This document shows positions 37,317-48,771 of a stretch of DNA of 64,000 nucleotides, piece after piece. The position numbers and the translations under genes were made by a program. The stretch covers positions 26,461 to 90,460 of the forward strand of contig DF237332.1 of assembly GCA_000708835.1 (NCBI GenBank), read 5' to 3'. The stretch's first letter is position 1. Every line of letters begins with the position of its first letter. Below the pieces are notes generated by a model. It worked only from the letters and a program-made list of their open reading frames with translations, made no database searches and was not told the origin of the DNA. Origin of the DNA: Klebsormidium nitens (lineage: Eukaryota > Plantae > Klebsormidiophyceae).

Positions 37317-39784
37317 CTAGACAACTGCGAACCGGCTCTGCGGGTACCACAACGCCACTAGCAGGCCCACAGCCGCTCCACCCAAGACTTGGAGTGGCGT
37401 GTGACCCAGCAACTCCTTCAACTTTATTTCGCCGACTGGGTGGCCTTCGTACATGTCTTCAATCATCCGGTTCAAAACCTGAAGAGAAACAGCAGGCCTT
37501 CAGTCCCTGCACGGCTACTCAAAGATTTTGATGCTTCTTCGGCAACAAGAACGTAATAAGGAACTGGGGTGCAGAAGCGGTCGACGGCCTTGTTTCAGAC
37601 GCATACGTCTGGACGTTGCAGACAGTCGGTCAGAACGAAGCCGTTGACCAAACGCAGATGACAGCCGGTTTCGTGCGAAGTCATTGCTATCGAACAAGAA
37701 GAGAAGATGGTCAAGGACAGAAACGCCAGAGGACCGCCGAGAAGGCAGCGGACATAAGGCCAGTGTTTCTATCAGCTAGTTAGCACTGAATTAGAAGCAT
37801 TCAAACCGCATGTATGTGATAAGATGGGGCGATGACTGCTGAGAGCGGAAGCTTGGAACAAAGGCCAACTCTTCCGTGCATTACGGGTCTGACCCAGTGA
37901 GTCGGAACCAAGAGGCTTGGATAATCAGACCATTCTTCGCTATGCTGGAGATTTTAAGGCTCGGATACCATTGGACAGAGACGAGTAGAAGCTTCAGGAC
38001 TGCTATCTGCCTGTTGGCGAGCAGTTGGCAAAGTGCAGATAAGGGGAGCGCAGCCGGGGTAACTTGAAGTCCGAAGAAGAAGTGACCTCTGAGGTCATAT
38101 ACCCATTGTAAAAAGCACGGGACGAAAAACCGTTGGGTCAAATCTCAAGCATCTTAAGGTGAAAATCAAGTGAAACGGAGGACGGCCAAAGAAAGATTTG
38201 AGCCGTCAACATTGCCCCGTGTCGCCTGCTCCCTCATAAGCACGTACATCGGGGGCCCTACATGTACATCAGGCGGCAAAAGCAGAAGCAAAAGTGACAA
38301 AGAAGCAGTACGACTACCCTGTCAAAAGAGAGCGGCAAGAGCGGTTACAACAGAGGGCAAGACATGGTGGAGAGGCCCTTCGATTTTCAAAGGACGCTCT
38401 ACAAAAAATGACATACTCTAAGCTAGACGTGTTATTAAAAAGGCAGTGGCCAAAGAGCGAAATGTGTTGAAACTGGTTGAAACTGGTTGAAACTGGTTGA
38501 ACTGGTTGAAAGTGGTTGAAACTGGTTGAAGCCCGATTCCTAGGGAGCGTCCACCTTGATCTGATTCACAGCGCGCATCACATCTGGTCTGAGTACAATT
38601 TCCAGGCTCAAGGTCTACCCTACCCAAGCAGGACAGAATGACACACAAGTGGTTTACACAAGTGGTTTGAAACAGCCGGATCCGACTTCCTTTCCCTCTG
38701 CTTGTGTACAGTTTGTCAGTGCATCTCGTTACACCACACAGAACACGAAGGGTGTCAGAATCCAGGAAAGGCAGACCTTTCTTCTTGGGCAATGACCGCT
38801 TGCCGAATAAAAGAGCCAAAGCAAAGGAGAAGAATGAAAAACCAGACTCGCGTGCGTGCTCTTGAGCGCTCTCATCCTCGAACAAAAATGGAAAGCAGGT
38901 CCGGTGAAGCACACTCAAGAAAGGCCAAAGACGGAAGGAAGGCCGCTTACCTCAGCCTGCTTCCCAGCGTGCAGCCGCACCCCCGCCGCGTCGTACATAA
39001 CAATCAAGCTGAACCCAAGCGCCACCGGGAAAAGCGTCCCCGAGACCCCGTGCACGATCGCGACGCTCGTGGTCAGCGCCACGCACAGGCTGCTGTGCGA
39101 CGACGGCATGCCGCCGGACGCGACCAGCTTCCTGATGTCGAGACGGCCCTCCTTGTAGAGCGTCGTGACCACTTTCAGGCCCTGCGCGAGCGTCCAGGCA
39201 ATGAACGCCGACATGAACGTCGGGTTCCTGCGCAAGGAGCGGCAGAAGTCGGAGACGGCGGCGGGGTAGGCGGCGGGGAGGAGGAGGGCCGTGCTCATTA
39301 GGGCGGTGGAGGGGGGCGGGGTTTGGGGAGGGTTTGAGGGGTTGGATAGGCCAGGGTCAGAGCGGTTGAGGCGGCGGAGGAGGGAGAGGAGCGGGGCGCT
39401 CAGGTGCCAGTAGGCAACGGCAAGGGCGGCGAAAGCTAGGTGTGAAATGTGGGCGCCGAGGGCAGTGCGCAGCGACGGGACTAGTTTCATTGCAACCCCG
39501 CGCGCCGACGCTGTCACGAAGCTGCATTGTGCGGCGCGGTTTCGTTGGCTGCCTGGTCTTCTCAAATCGGCCGCAGCATTGCTGAGCTGGCGTCCTAAGA
39601 GGCCCTTTGCTAATTGCGGTGTGTGCGCTCCTTTTCTATGGTGGGTGCAATCAAACCTCCGGTTGCCCCCTGGGCTTAGCAACAGGCTCTGGCTACCGAG
39701 TGTGCTTCGCTCTCTCCTTTGTTGGGGAGTGCCTGTTGGGGCGCACGCGCCCCGCACTAATGTGTGAGCCGCCGCGCCAGCCAT
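37317..39784 (-). CDS. DUF212 acid phosphatase/vanadium-dependent haloperoxidase-related membrane protein
   Basis: Exon 1 ends at 38951 (GKQAE|GTAAG); start is ATG 39784 or 39490. Exon 2 is 37478-37317. Motifs SGGMPSSHS, VMYDAAGVRLHAGKQAEVLN and LKELLGHTPLQV. Confidence 0.9.
38467..38530. repeat. Intronic 10-bp minisatellite (AACTGGTTGA)n, about 6 units
   Basis: Directly visible: ttga aactggttga aactggttga aactggttga actggttgaa agtggttgaa actggttgaa. Confidence 0.9.
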
Positions 39785-40515
39785 TGACCGTCAAGATCTC
39801 AGAGTTAGCGCAATGCAGAGAAAAGAGGTTGGACGTTTCAAGTGGTGGCTTTTCTGTGCGAGAGTTGAAGGCGTGCTAAGTTTGATGTAAGGGCTGCTGA
39901 ACTAGCTTATGTCTTCACTTCTGCTGGCGGGCTCTGAAGCTATTGCCATTGGCGGAGGGGCGAAGGCTGTGCCTGAACGGGACCTGCAAAAGACACCACT
40001 GCATTGGTGCTTGAATCGCCTTCAAGGTCAATACATCGTCCAAGAGAACAAATCCGCTTTTGCAGAGATCTTGAAGTCCAAGCTCAAGTTTTGAACCTCT
40101 GGCCAATTTGAATTTCCTGCTAGCTTCAAACAGGTAGCCGGAAGTACCTACCCGCCGGTGTAGGAGGGTCGACCGCCTGGAATCCAGGATGTAGACTGCT
40201 TGCAATCGATATCGGGGCCCGGTGCCTGAGAACCGGTTCTCTAAATTGCAATATGGCGGCGGAGTGGAGTCTTCAGACTCTTCACCAGCGAAACGATCAA
40301 GCTCAGGTTTGCGAACTCTGGGGCCTGCCTTTTCAGATCTGCAGGACAACGCAAGTGTCTTTCAAAAGTCTTCCAACTTCAAGCAAGCACTTCCAGAGGA
40401 GCTGTGCCTGCTCTATCCAAAATTTTCAGACGCCACCTCTCCTAGCAGCCTCCGACTTTGCTTTCAAGACTGAAACTGAGCCCCCTCTCCTTGTGTAAGT
40501 TCGCAAAAAGTTGCG

Positions 40516-43500
40516 ATGGCCGTCCGGTGGCAGGCGCAAGGCCAGCCTGCTGTCACCGATGAGTGGTTGAGCCAGGCAGCAAACTCGAGGCATCCGCCAG
40601 GTGAGTAGCCTTAACCGTCCGTTCGTGGTGGCAGTCTGCAAATCAAGCAAGTTTAGCAGTTCCAGTTCTTCACCGCAATGGTGGCACTGTTTCAGCATTT
40701 GACTTGTTGAGAGTGCGGAATGGATACCGCAATTAGTACAGTCTTGTTCTAATGTTTGGTGGGAACATTTGATCCTGACTAATGTTACATTCTGATGCCC
40801 ATTCTATTGGTGATGCTTCTGATAGCTGTGCGCCTGTGGGGAGCTTGAGTTGGATTATGTATATGTAGAGGCGGCACTCCGTTTCAGCTTGCGTCTTGCC
40901 GGATCATATGCGGCCTCCTTTGAGAACAAGACAGGCTGTAATATATACTTTGGCGGGAGTGACAGTTGAATCAATGCACAGACGGCGGCATTTTCAGCCC
41001 AAAGGGCCTATCTTGTTCTACTGGGGTTGTGTGTGCCAACTATCTTCCCAAGGCACGTCAGCTTTTGCAAGGCATCCCAAGATGAATGCGCTGGTGTATG
41101 CTGCTTGTGCTTGCAAAGTGTCCCGGGGAAGATTCCGTTTGGATCTTGTTGTTTTGGTGGTGCTATGTTCAGTAGCGCTCACTTTCACGAGTGAGCACGG
41201 TCGTTCATAGGATTATGCTTGTTGAAATAGTCCACAGGATCTAGACCGGCTTGCACTTAGACTGCTGTCCCTCAGAGCTATGCACTCTCAGTCCTCATGT
41301 TCGCAGCTGATTTGTAAGCTCCTAAAACAGGAGTGGTAGAGGACTTTGACTTTCTACACCATGATTGGAGGGCCCGCAAACAAACGTGGTTACGCGCCTG
41401 ACAGAGCATGGAGTCTTTCGTCCTTCCTTGAAGAAATCATCCATCTGCTTGGACGCACCCCGTAACCATAATTTATGGAACATGAGAAAGATGGTTCACA
41501 TGGAGTTTAGTACAGGACTTTTAAATGTCGACCGGCCACCACTAAGGCCCAGGAAAGCGCTTAACAAGGGGCGTTTGAGTGATGTTGAAACCCGCCTTTT
41601 TACAGAGGAGCGGCCCTCGGTTCGTGCGCACCGGTTGACCGGCACTCTCTGAGACACACGGGAAACGGCCAACATGATTCTGTAGAAGACGTTGATTGTC
41701 GATCCCCAGTATCTCGGTTAAGTGAGTCGAACCTCAAACCCTGCGTTTCTACAGAGGAGCGGCCCTCGGTGCGTGCGCACCGGTTGACTGGCGATCTCCG
41801 AGACACACGAGAAACGGCCAACATGAGCGTGGTGGAAGACTTTGACTACTGGCGGGGGAAGCCGGACCTGGCGGTGGCGGTGGCGGCCATTAAGGCGCTG
41901 ACAGCTGTCATCAAACGGAGCAAAGCGACCACCATGATGGGCCTCGAGATCGAGCTCAAGAGGGCGTCCGAGGAGCTCAAGGTGAGCGCCTGTGCGGACA
42001 ATATCGGACACGTTTTGGACGCATGTGAACAAAGTCTCTATCTTTTGGAGACATTCTGGACATTTCTGGACACGCGTCAAACATGGACTCTGTTTGGGTG
42101 CTGAATATTGAACGGCAGTGAATGTTGTCCCTTACAAGAGGGAGGCTCGCGAGTTGAAGAGGTCGGCCCTTCGAATGCACTCTGAGCGATCCGCGTATGC
42201 TTTACTGTTAGAACTCGGTGAACGCTGCAAAGCAAGCCCACGGCAACGCTGGACTGGAAACGAAACGAAGGAAGGCGTTTGAGGGTGTTCACCTCAGGGT
42301 TGTCTGCAACTGCTCTCTGATGCTCTTCGTCTTTCGTTCAGCGGCTGGGGCACGGCTCCTCAAATGACTCTCACAACTATGTTGACTCTCACAACTATAA
42401 AACAAGCTCTTGAACAGAGTAGCTGGTTTTCCCGGCAACTTCGGTATAGGCTTCACGTTCGTATAGTTTGCTTGGGGGCAAAGGGGCAATATGCGATACC
42501 TGAAAGCGTCTTCGGAACCACGAGAATCTTGGACTCTTGACATGCTGTCAAGCTGGCCGTTTGGGTTCCCATTGAGGCTCGTTGTGAGCCGGTTGGACGA
42601 GCGTGCGTGAGCCTTCAACGTTCGTGTCCATTCGGGTGTCAATTCCTGTCAGACGTCACTAGTTGTGTCTTTGTGGCGCCCTTAACTTCCGGCATTCATC
42701 AGATACTGGCACCAGAAAGACTTGGAACGGAAGGAGCGGTTCCAGGTATCTGTGCGATCATGTCAACTTTTTCGCTACGAGCGCGGATTCACTGCACTTG
42801 AATCAGAACTAAAGAGCATACATTGTCGAAGCTTACGCGCCAGTCAAGATCCATGGAGCGTTCTTCGTCTTCCCAATCCAGAACCAAGTTTGGTCATCCA
42901 TTTTTGGTAGCTTGTCAATTCCTGATAGTTCCTTCAAGAATCGCATCCGCAAGTGGGTGAGAAGAAGTGTGTCCTTCGTCAACACTCTGCCAGAAGATGA
43001 CTCCGTTTCCGTCGCTTCAGGAGCGAGAAAAGTCGTCCATCTCACTTGCGGCGGGCTGCGAGTTGTTCCTGCGCTTTGTCACGCGGACGTCAGCACTGGA
43101 GCACGAGGACATCAACGCGGGGAAGGAGCGGCTCATCGAGCGGGGGGAACAGTTCTCGGAAATCTCCATTAAGGTGAGACTCTGCAGCCTGATTTGCTTC
43201 CTTTCGTAACGTCGTTCTTTCGGGGATCGTCTAAAACTGTATCGATTAGTTCATAGGATCCTTTTCATGCCAGTTTGATGTGGAACCTTCTGTCCGCGGA
43301 GGCACCACTTCCTTGGAGATCCTTGTGAGACTATTCAGGCCGACTCTGTCAAACCTGTTGGGGCTTTTTGGGGGGAAACACGGAGTTCTTCATCAAGGTG
43401 AGACCTTTCAGCCCGGCGTGGGTCGATTCTGTGGGGTCCTTCCCTCCCCATTTTGACATTCTTCAAACCAGTCAATCCGTAGCGTTCTCCCACGCCAATC

Positions 43501-45892
43501 TGACATGAAAAACCAGTCCGCGGGGGAATGGTTTTCGGAGGTTTTTTACCACGGCGAGGTGTTCTCTGTCCAATCTGTAGGGTGCTTCCCGCACCCTCTT
43601 GGCGCAAGATCTGAAGTGGTGTTCTTAACCGGAGCTCGTTAATAGACGGCCAGCGATTCCTTGGAGCACTCAATCAAGGTAATACTTTGTAGTCCGCTTG
43701 GTCCGTTTACAGGTCCGTCCTTTACCCAGTTTGACGTGAGCGGAATCAGTCGGTTTGTAGGGTCCTCACTAGCATCTTGGCTTATCGTCATCTCGCTAGG
43801 GTTTGATGAGTTGGAGGTCGCCCCTTTCTGCAGGCGCGGCAAACGATCTCCAAGGTGGGCGCGGACTTTGTGCGGGACGGGTGCACCATTCTGACGCACG
43901 GCGTGTCGAGGGTCGTGGTGTCGCTGCTCAAGCTGGCGGCGTCGCAAGGGAAACACTTCAGCGTCATCTGCCCAGGTGTGCCCATTTGAAAGTTACTCAG
44001 GTTTCGGTTATTCGTTTTTGGTTTCTTGTCTGTTAGTTTATGGTTATTTCCCCCCCCTTGTTTTCGGTTTTATTTTTAGTATTGGGTTTATGTCTGGTTT
44101 CCGTTTTTACTTTTTAGTTGATTTTTGGTTTAGCGTGTGCGGTTTACCAGGTTAAGAGCCTGAAAGTTCTGGACGAGCCAAACATTGCGTTGTGTCACGA
44201 AGGCGAGGGAAGCTGGACACGAAAACTTCTCGGCTGCAAGCGAAGGGACGAGTCATGTGTAAGTAGGTTCTCGTTTTCCGTGTTCGCTTCTTCATGCTCA
44301 CTTCGAGGTATACTCGTCAAGCATTGTAACGGCAGCAATCCTCCAGAAGAAGGGCGCGCACTGCGCCGAGTTGCGGGATCCCCCTATGGAAGAAGGGATG
44401 AGAGGAACGAGCGCATTGAGACAACCCGGAAGCTGCTGGAAATGCTGAAACGCCCCTGTAAGCTGCCCAGCCATCTCTTAAACTTGAGTGCAGGATTCAA
44501 ACGATGGCCCAACGCAAAAGAACTTCCAAGTAGTTGCCACTGATCGCTAGAGACCATTCTTGAGAAAATTCTTCTTACTGCTCAAAGAGCGTCGATACCT
44601 TCGTCGTTTGTTACTTCTTAAAGACAGACGGACCGACGGCAAGCGAACTTGAACGGCAGAAGTTTGACGCTAGCAGCGGAGTCGTCGTTCGCTGCCAGCG
44701 TTTCTTTCTTGACGGTGTCAATGCTTCTTTCAGAGGGTGCGCCGAACGGAAAGGGCATCCAGACGGCACGCGAGCGGACAGGTGTCGGCATCCCGGTGAC
44801 GCTGATCCTGGACACCGGCGTTGCTTACGTCAGAGACCACATTTGACACAGTCGTATGTCTCTTCGCTTATTGCTTTTCTCAACGCTGACACAGTGTCAA
44901 CTTTTGTCCAGAGGGCCGGCCGGACGGCAAGGGCATCCAAACGGCACGCGAGCTGACAGCTGTCGGCATCCCGGTGACGCTGATCCTGGACACCGGCGTT
45001 GCTTACGTCATGGAGCGTGTCGACATGGTGCTGTGCGGTGCGGAGGGCGTGGTCGAGAGCGGCGGCATCATCAACAACCTGGGCACGTACCAGATCGCGG
45101 TCGTGGCGCGGGCTTTTAATAAGCCGGTGTACGTCGCCGCGGAGAGCTATAAGGTATGTGCGCCGTGCTTGCTCCGATACGTGGAAGCTTTGTGAACGCC
45201 TCCTTTTTGATGTTTGTCTCTGAAGTGCTTGCGACGAATTTTGCTAATGTTTATTCAGACGCGAAGAAGTTTGGGTGACGCGAGCTTTCAATAAGCCGGT
45301 TTACGTCGCTGTAGAGAGTTACAAGGTGCGTAAGCGGGGCCTCTTGTAAACCGCTGTACAGTTTCCGCGAATCTCTTTTTTGTTTGGTGATTCCCTCTAT
45401 GTTTCGTTTTTGAGATCATAGCACGCCAGAGTGGCCCGCGCGTTCAATAAGCCGGTGTTTGTCGCTGCAGAGACTTAATAAGTTACCGTTTGGTAAATGT
45501 CGCTCATTTTAGGGTGCCTGGATGGTGCGCGCGTTTGCCAAGTCGATGCTGATGCTGGTTGTCTTGGGGGGTGGCAAACAAGTCCGAAAGAGGCTATCAA
45601 TACCAAGTCCGTTCTCGAGACCCGTTTCGTTGTCCGGAGGTCGAGGTTCCCTGGATCCAAACACAGGCGCGTGTTGGACGTGCAGTTTGCGCGGCTGTAC
45701 CCGTTGGATCAACGAGATCTGCCCTACGATCCAAAGCCCGTCACCTTTGCCGAGCCGCTGCCGCCCAACATGAAGGTCGACAACCCGTCCCGAGACTACA
45801 CGCCCCCTTCTTGTCTAACGCTGCTTTTCACGGATCTAGGCGTTCTGACGCCTTCCGCCGTCAGTGATGAGCTCATCCAGCTGTACCTATGA
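40516..45892 (+). CDS. EIF2B1: Translation initiation factor eIF2B subunit alpha (about 351 aa with plant-type N-terminal extension)
   Basis: Exons 40516-40600, 41755-41981, 43021-43173, 43834-43975, 44912-45153 and 45686-45892 total 1056 nt in phase. Motifs DLAVAVAAIKAL, SISLAAGCELF.RFVTR, ILTHGVSRVV, GAEGVVESGGIIN..GTYQIA, ESYKFARLYPLDQ and DYTPPS.LTLLFTDLGVLTPSAVSDELIQLY. Exon 1 encodes VTDEWLSQA, recalling the land-plant N-extension. ATG 41823 is the fallback start. Confidence 0.92.
41596..41700 (+). repeat. Intronic duplicate of the eIF2B-alpha exon 2 5' end with intact acceptor
   Basis: TTTTTACAG|AGGAGCGGCCCTCGGTTCGTGCGCACCGGTTGACC...GAGACACACGGGAAACGGCCAACATG matches 41746-41825. In-frame TGA at 41650-41652. 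Confidence 0.9.
44710..44846 (+). repeat. Intronic duplicate of the eIF2B-alpha exon 5 5' end with intact acceptor
   Basis: TTCTTTCAG|AGGGTGCG...GGCATCCCGGTGACGCTGATCCTGGACACCGGCGTTGCTTACGTC matches 44912-45009. It reads EGAPNGKGIQTARERTGVGIPVTLILDTGVAYVRDHI* with TGA at 44844-44846. Confidence 0.9.
45275..45482 (+). repeat. Two intronic copies of the eIF2B-alpha exon 5 3' end
   Basis: 45275-45325 (..TTCAATAAGCCGGTTTACGTCGCTGTAGAGAGTTACAAG|GTGCGT, donor intact) and 45431-45482 (..TTCAATAAGCCGGTGTTTGTCGCTGCAGAGAC..) copy 45103-45153. Confidence 0.85.
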
Positions 45893-46790
45893 CAAACCTT
45901 GCAATAGGGTTTCTAATATGCTCGCTTGGGTTCGAAACATGATAAGGTACCTACCCTTAAAAGGCCAGGATCAGAGATTCTCCGTTCAGGTAACGGCCGC
46001 TGTGTTTCAGCGCAGGACAGTATTCACGTGTTCCAACATCGTGTGGCGTCGCATACGGCTGATGTTGAAATCATGAGACACATGCGTAGGCATGCACTCT
46101 TGTCGAATGTGATTCTTGCATGAGACATGTTACGACAGCCCATTCGCTGGCCTGAGAGTGTAAAACCGTGACAGCTTGTCCGGCGCATGGACACTACAAC
46201 GGATACTTAGCTAGGGGACGGGATCCGGCCTTGCTGTAACTGTTTGCATGGGACTACTGATCGGTAGATGATATATCCAAGAGCTGAATCCTTAATTGAT
46301 TGTCTTCCAGATTGTTAAGCTAAGCCGCTCTCCTAGCGGATGTGAAAATTCTTGGGTCCCCAACGTACGTAGCCGGCGAGCTTGAAGTGAGTCACTCCAA
46401 CATGCAAGTTGGAGTGGACTTGCATGTAAGTAACAATTCGACTTGATCTAAGGTATGCCATGATGAGGTCATGTTTGCGTCTAGCTGGATGCAGGGGTCC
46501 GTTCATGCAGATTCTGAATTGGGCCGAGTCCTTGCAAAGTTACCATGCTCTGGATAACATTTTATGCAATATTGCCGGTATAGCTCTAGCCAGATATGTG
46601 TTGAACTCGCATGTGCTGCATCAAAGCTGGCATGCAGATACGCATATTATTAAGTATTCCATCATAGAAGCAATCCAATTGTAGGATACGAGGTCCCATG
46701 CAATGGCATGGTCAATGTAGAGCCCAGCTAGTACGGGAGCACTCGATCAAGCGGGGGGCAACTGTAATCGACGTGACCTCTAGATGCTAG

Positions 46791-48355
46791 CTAAGTTCGT
46801 TGCCTTTTTACTGGTGGTTCTGTGGTCTCACTTACATATGTCCTCGCATTGAGTGCCACACCCACAAGGAGCTCGCGCACTTGACCAGGCAGATCCAACC
46901 ATTCCCGTCGTTGTCTCAGCATGTTTCTCAAGAGCCGCCCGCACGGCACGGACTCGGGTTCAAAGCGATCGTGCATCGCAATCATTTCTAGACATCTCAA
47001 GCTAGACTCATCTTCGCAAAGCTCTTCCGAGTTACACGAGGAGATCATCACCCGCGAGTAGCAAGCCCCCTGGTCCATCAAGACCTTGCAACAGTTTTCT
47101 GCTCCACATTGTACGGCCCAATCGAGCGCTGTTTCCTCACTTATCGCAAGATCTATATCTGCCCCACTTTTCACCAAGACCGCGCATGTCTTAGCCCTGT
47201 CCCATCGGACGGCTTCCATGAGCGCCGTCCTTTCATTCGCAATCTGGTCCACATCTGCCCCTTTCCTCACAAGCCACTCGCACATCTCGGCCTTGTCTTC
47301 CTCCGCCGCGTGTATGAGTGCAGTCGCCCCTCCGAGCACAGCATTCACATCTGCACCATGCTCCAACAAGACCGCGCAGACTTCCGTGTGCCCCAACGCT
47401 GCCGCCAGCATGAGTGCGGTCCTTCCAAACGTCTCATCGTCTACCTCTGCACCAGCTTCGAGCAGCACCTTACATGTTACAGGGTCCCCTCTGCTCGCAG
47501 CGAATCCAAGCGCGGTCACATGCCCCCGACATCTTCCTCCATCCATCATGCCCTTGCACGGCAGTGCAAGATTCACTTCTGCCCCGTTCGCGAGAAGCAT
47601 TTCGCAGATCTTGACCTTACCACCCCTCGCCGCAACCATGAGCGCACTCCACCCGCCAGCCACCAAGTCGACATCCGCGCCCTTTTGCAACAGCACGCCG
47701 CACACCTTCTCGTCGCCGGAATAGCATGCCATCATGAGAACCGTGTGGCCGCCCTCCTCGTGGTTCACATCTGCTCCGCCATCTATCAACAGTTCGCAGA
47801 TCTCCGCATGCCCCGACAGGGCTGCCTGCCAGAGCAGCGGTTTCCCGTGCCCACCGTTCGCGTCTGCGCCATGTGCTAGGAGCACTCTACAAGTGGCTTC
47901 CTGGTCGCAAGCGACAGCTCGCTCAAGCGCGAATTGTGCATCTGCTCCAAATGTTGCATCCGTTCCAGATTTTGCATCTGCCCCGTGTTCTAGGAGCAAC
48001 TTGCACACTTCAGGATGCCCGAAAAGCCGGCAGCTCGCTGGAGCGCGCTCCATCCGTTTACCGCCGGACCCATATCCGCACCATGCTCTAGAAGCAAGCT
48101 GCAAATGTTTGCATGCCCCGAAGCAGCCGCCCGAAGAAGTGCAGTCCCTCCGTTTGCTGTTATGCAATTTACTGGAGCCCCATGCTCCAAGAGCAATTTG
48201 CAAACTCCTAAATGGCCGGAAGACGCAGCACATTGGAGGGCGGTCCACCCGTCGATGTTATACTTCACATCAGCATCCCCCGTGTCCAGGATCTGCTTGC
48301 ATTCTGCCTCGAACCGGCTGGCGGCGCCCCGCACGAGAAGGGCGGAGAGGCCCAT
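46791..48355 (-). pseudogene. Intronless ankyrin-repeat gene (12 repeats) with one frameshift
   Basis: ORF 47990-48382 (ATG 48355) and ORF 46791-48248 together give continuous TALxxAAxxGH...LLEHGADVN repeats. The frame changes within repeat 3 near 48020-48030. The protein ends PPVKRQRT (NLS-like). An assembly indel cannot be excluded. Confidence 0.8.
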
Positions 48356-48771
48356 CCCTGAACGCCCAAAGAAAGATTTCAAACCTGTTCAAGGGAGAGC
48401 CTAGAGGGAACTTGAAGTTGAAGCTGCAGAATCTTGAACGGACAAGTTGCATGATCTAGCGAGGAATGTTGATTCTTGGGTGATCCCCTTCGCTTACGTC
48501 GGATCACCAGCCTGGGACGGTGGGAATGGTCCATTGGCTGGCAACCATTAGCAGACGGCTCCAAGGGACCGGCATGAATGTCCTACTCTTTCCGCCCGAT
48601 TCGAAAACCGGCAATCTGCCGTACGTCAACTAGAGCGTCGGCGTATCACCAATTTCTTTGCCTGCTTGTGCTTGCTCAGCCTGGCAGCCTCAGCTGGCAG
48701 CGTGCTCGGGCAAAAACTGCTCAACTCTGAGAGACGAACGAAGGAGCTGCAGCTTGCAAAAGCGGGCAACC

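Noticed and set aside
41674-41685. ATG-ATT-CTG-TAG as a GCN4-like uORF upstream of eIF2B-alpha
   Set aside because: An upstream coding exon (40516-40600, VTDEWLSQA) splices in frame, so this ATG lies in intron 1 within the duplicated exon copy. It would matter only if ATG 41823 were the real start.
44030-44135. T/G-rich tract with TTTTAG pieces as an interstitial telomere
   Set aside because: No regular TTT(T)AGG(G) periodicity; it is low-complexity intron sequence.
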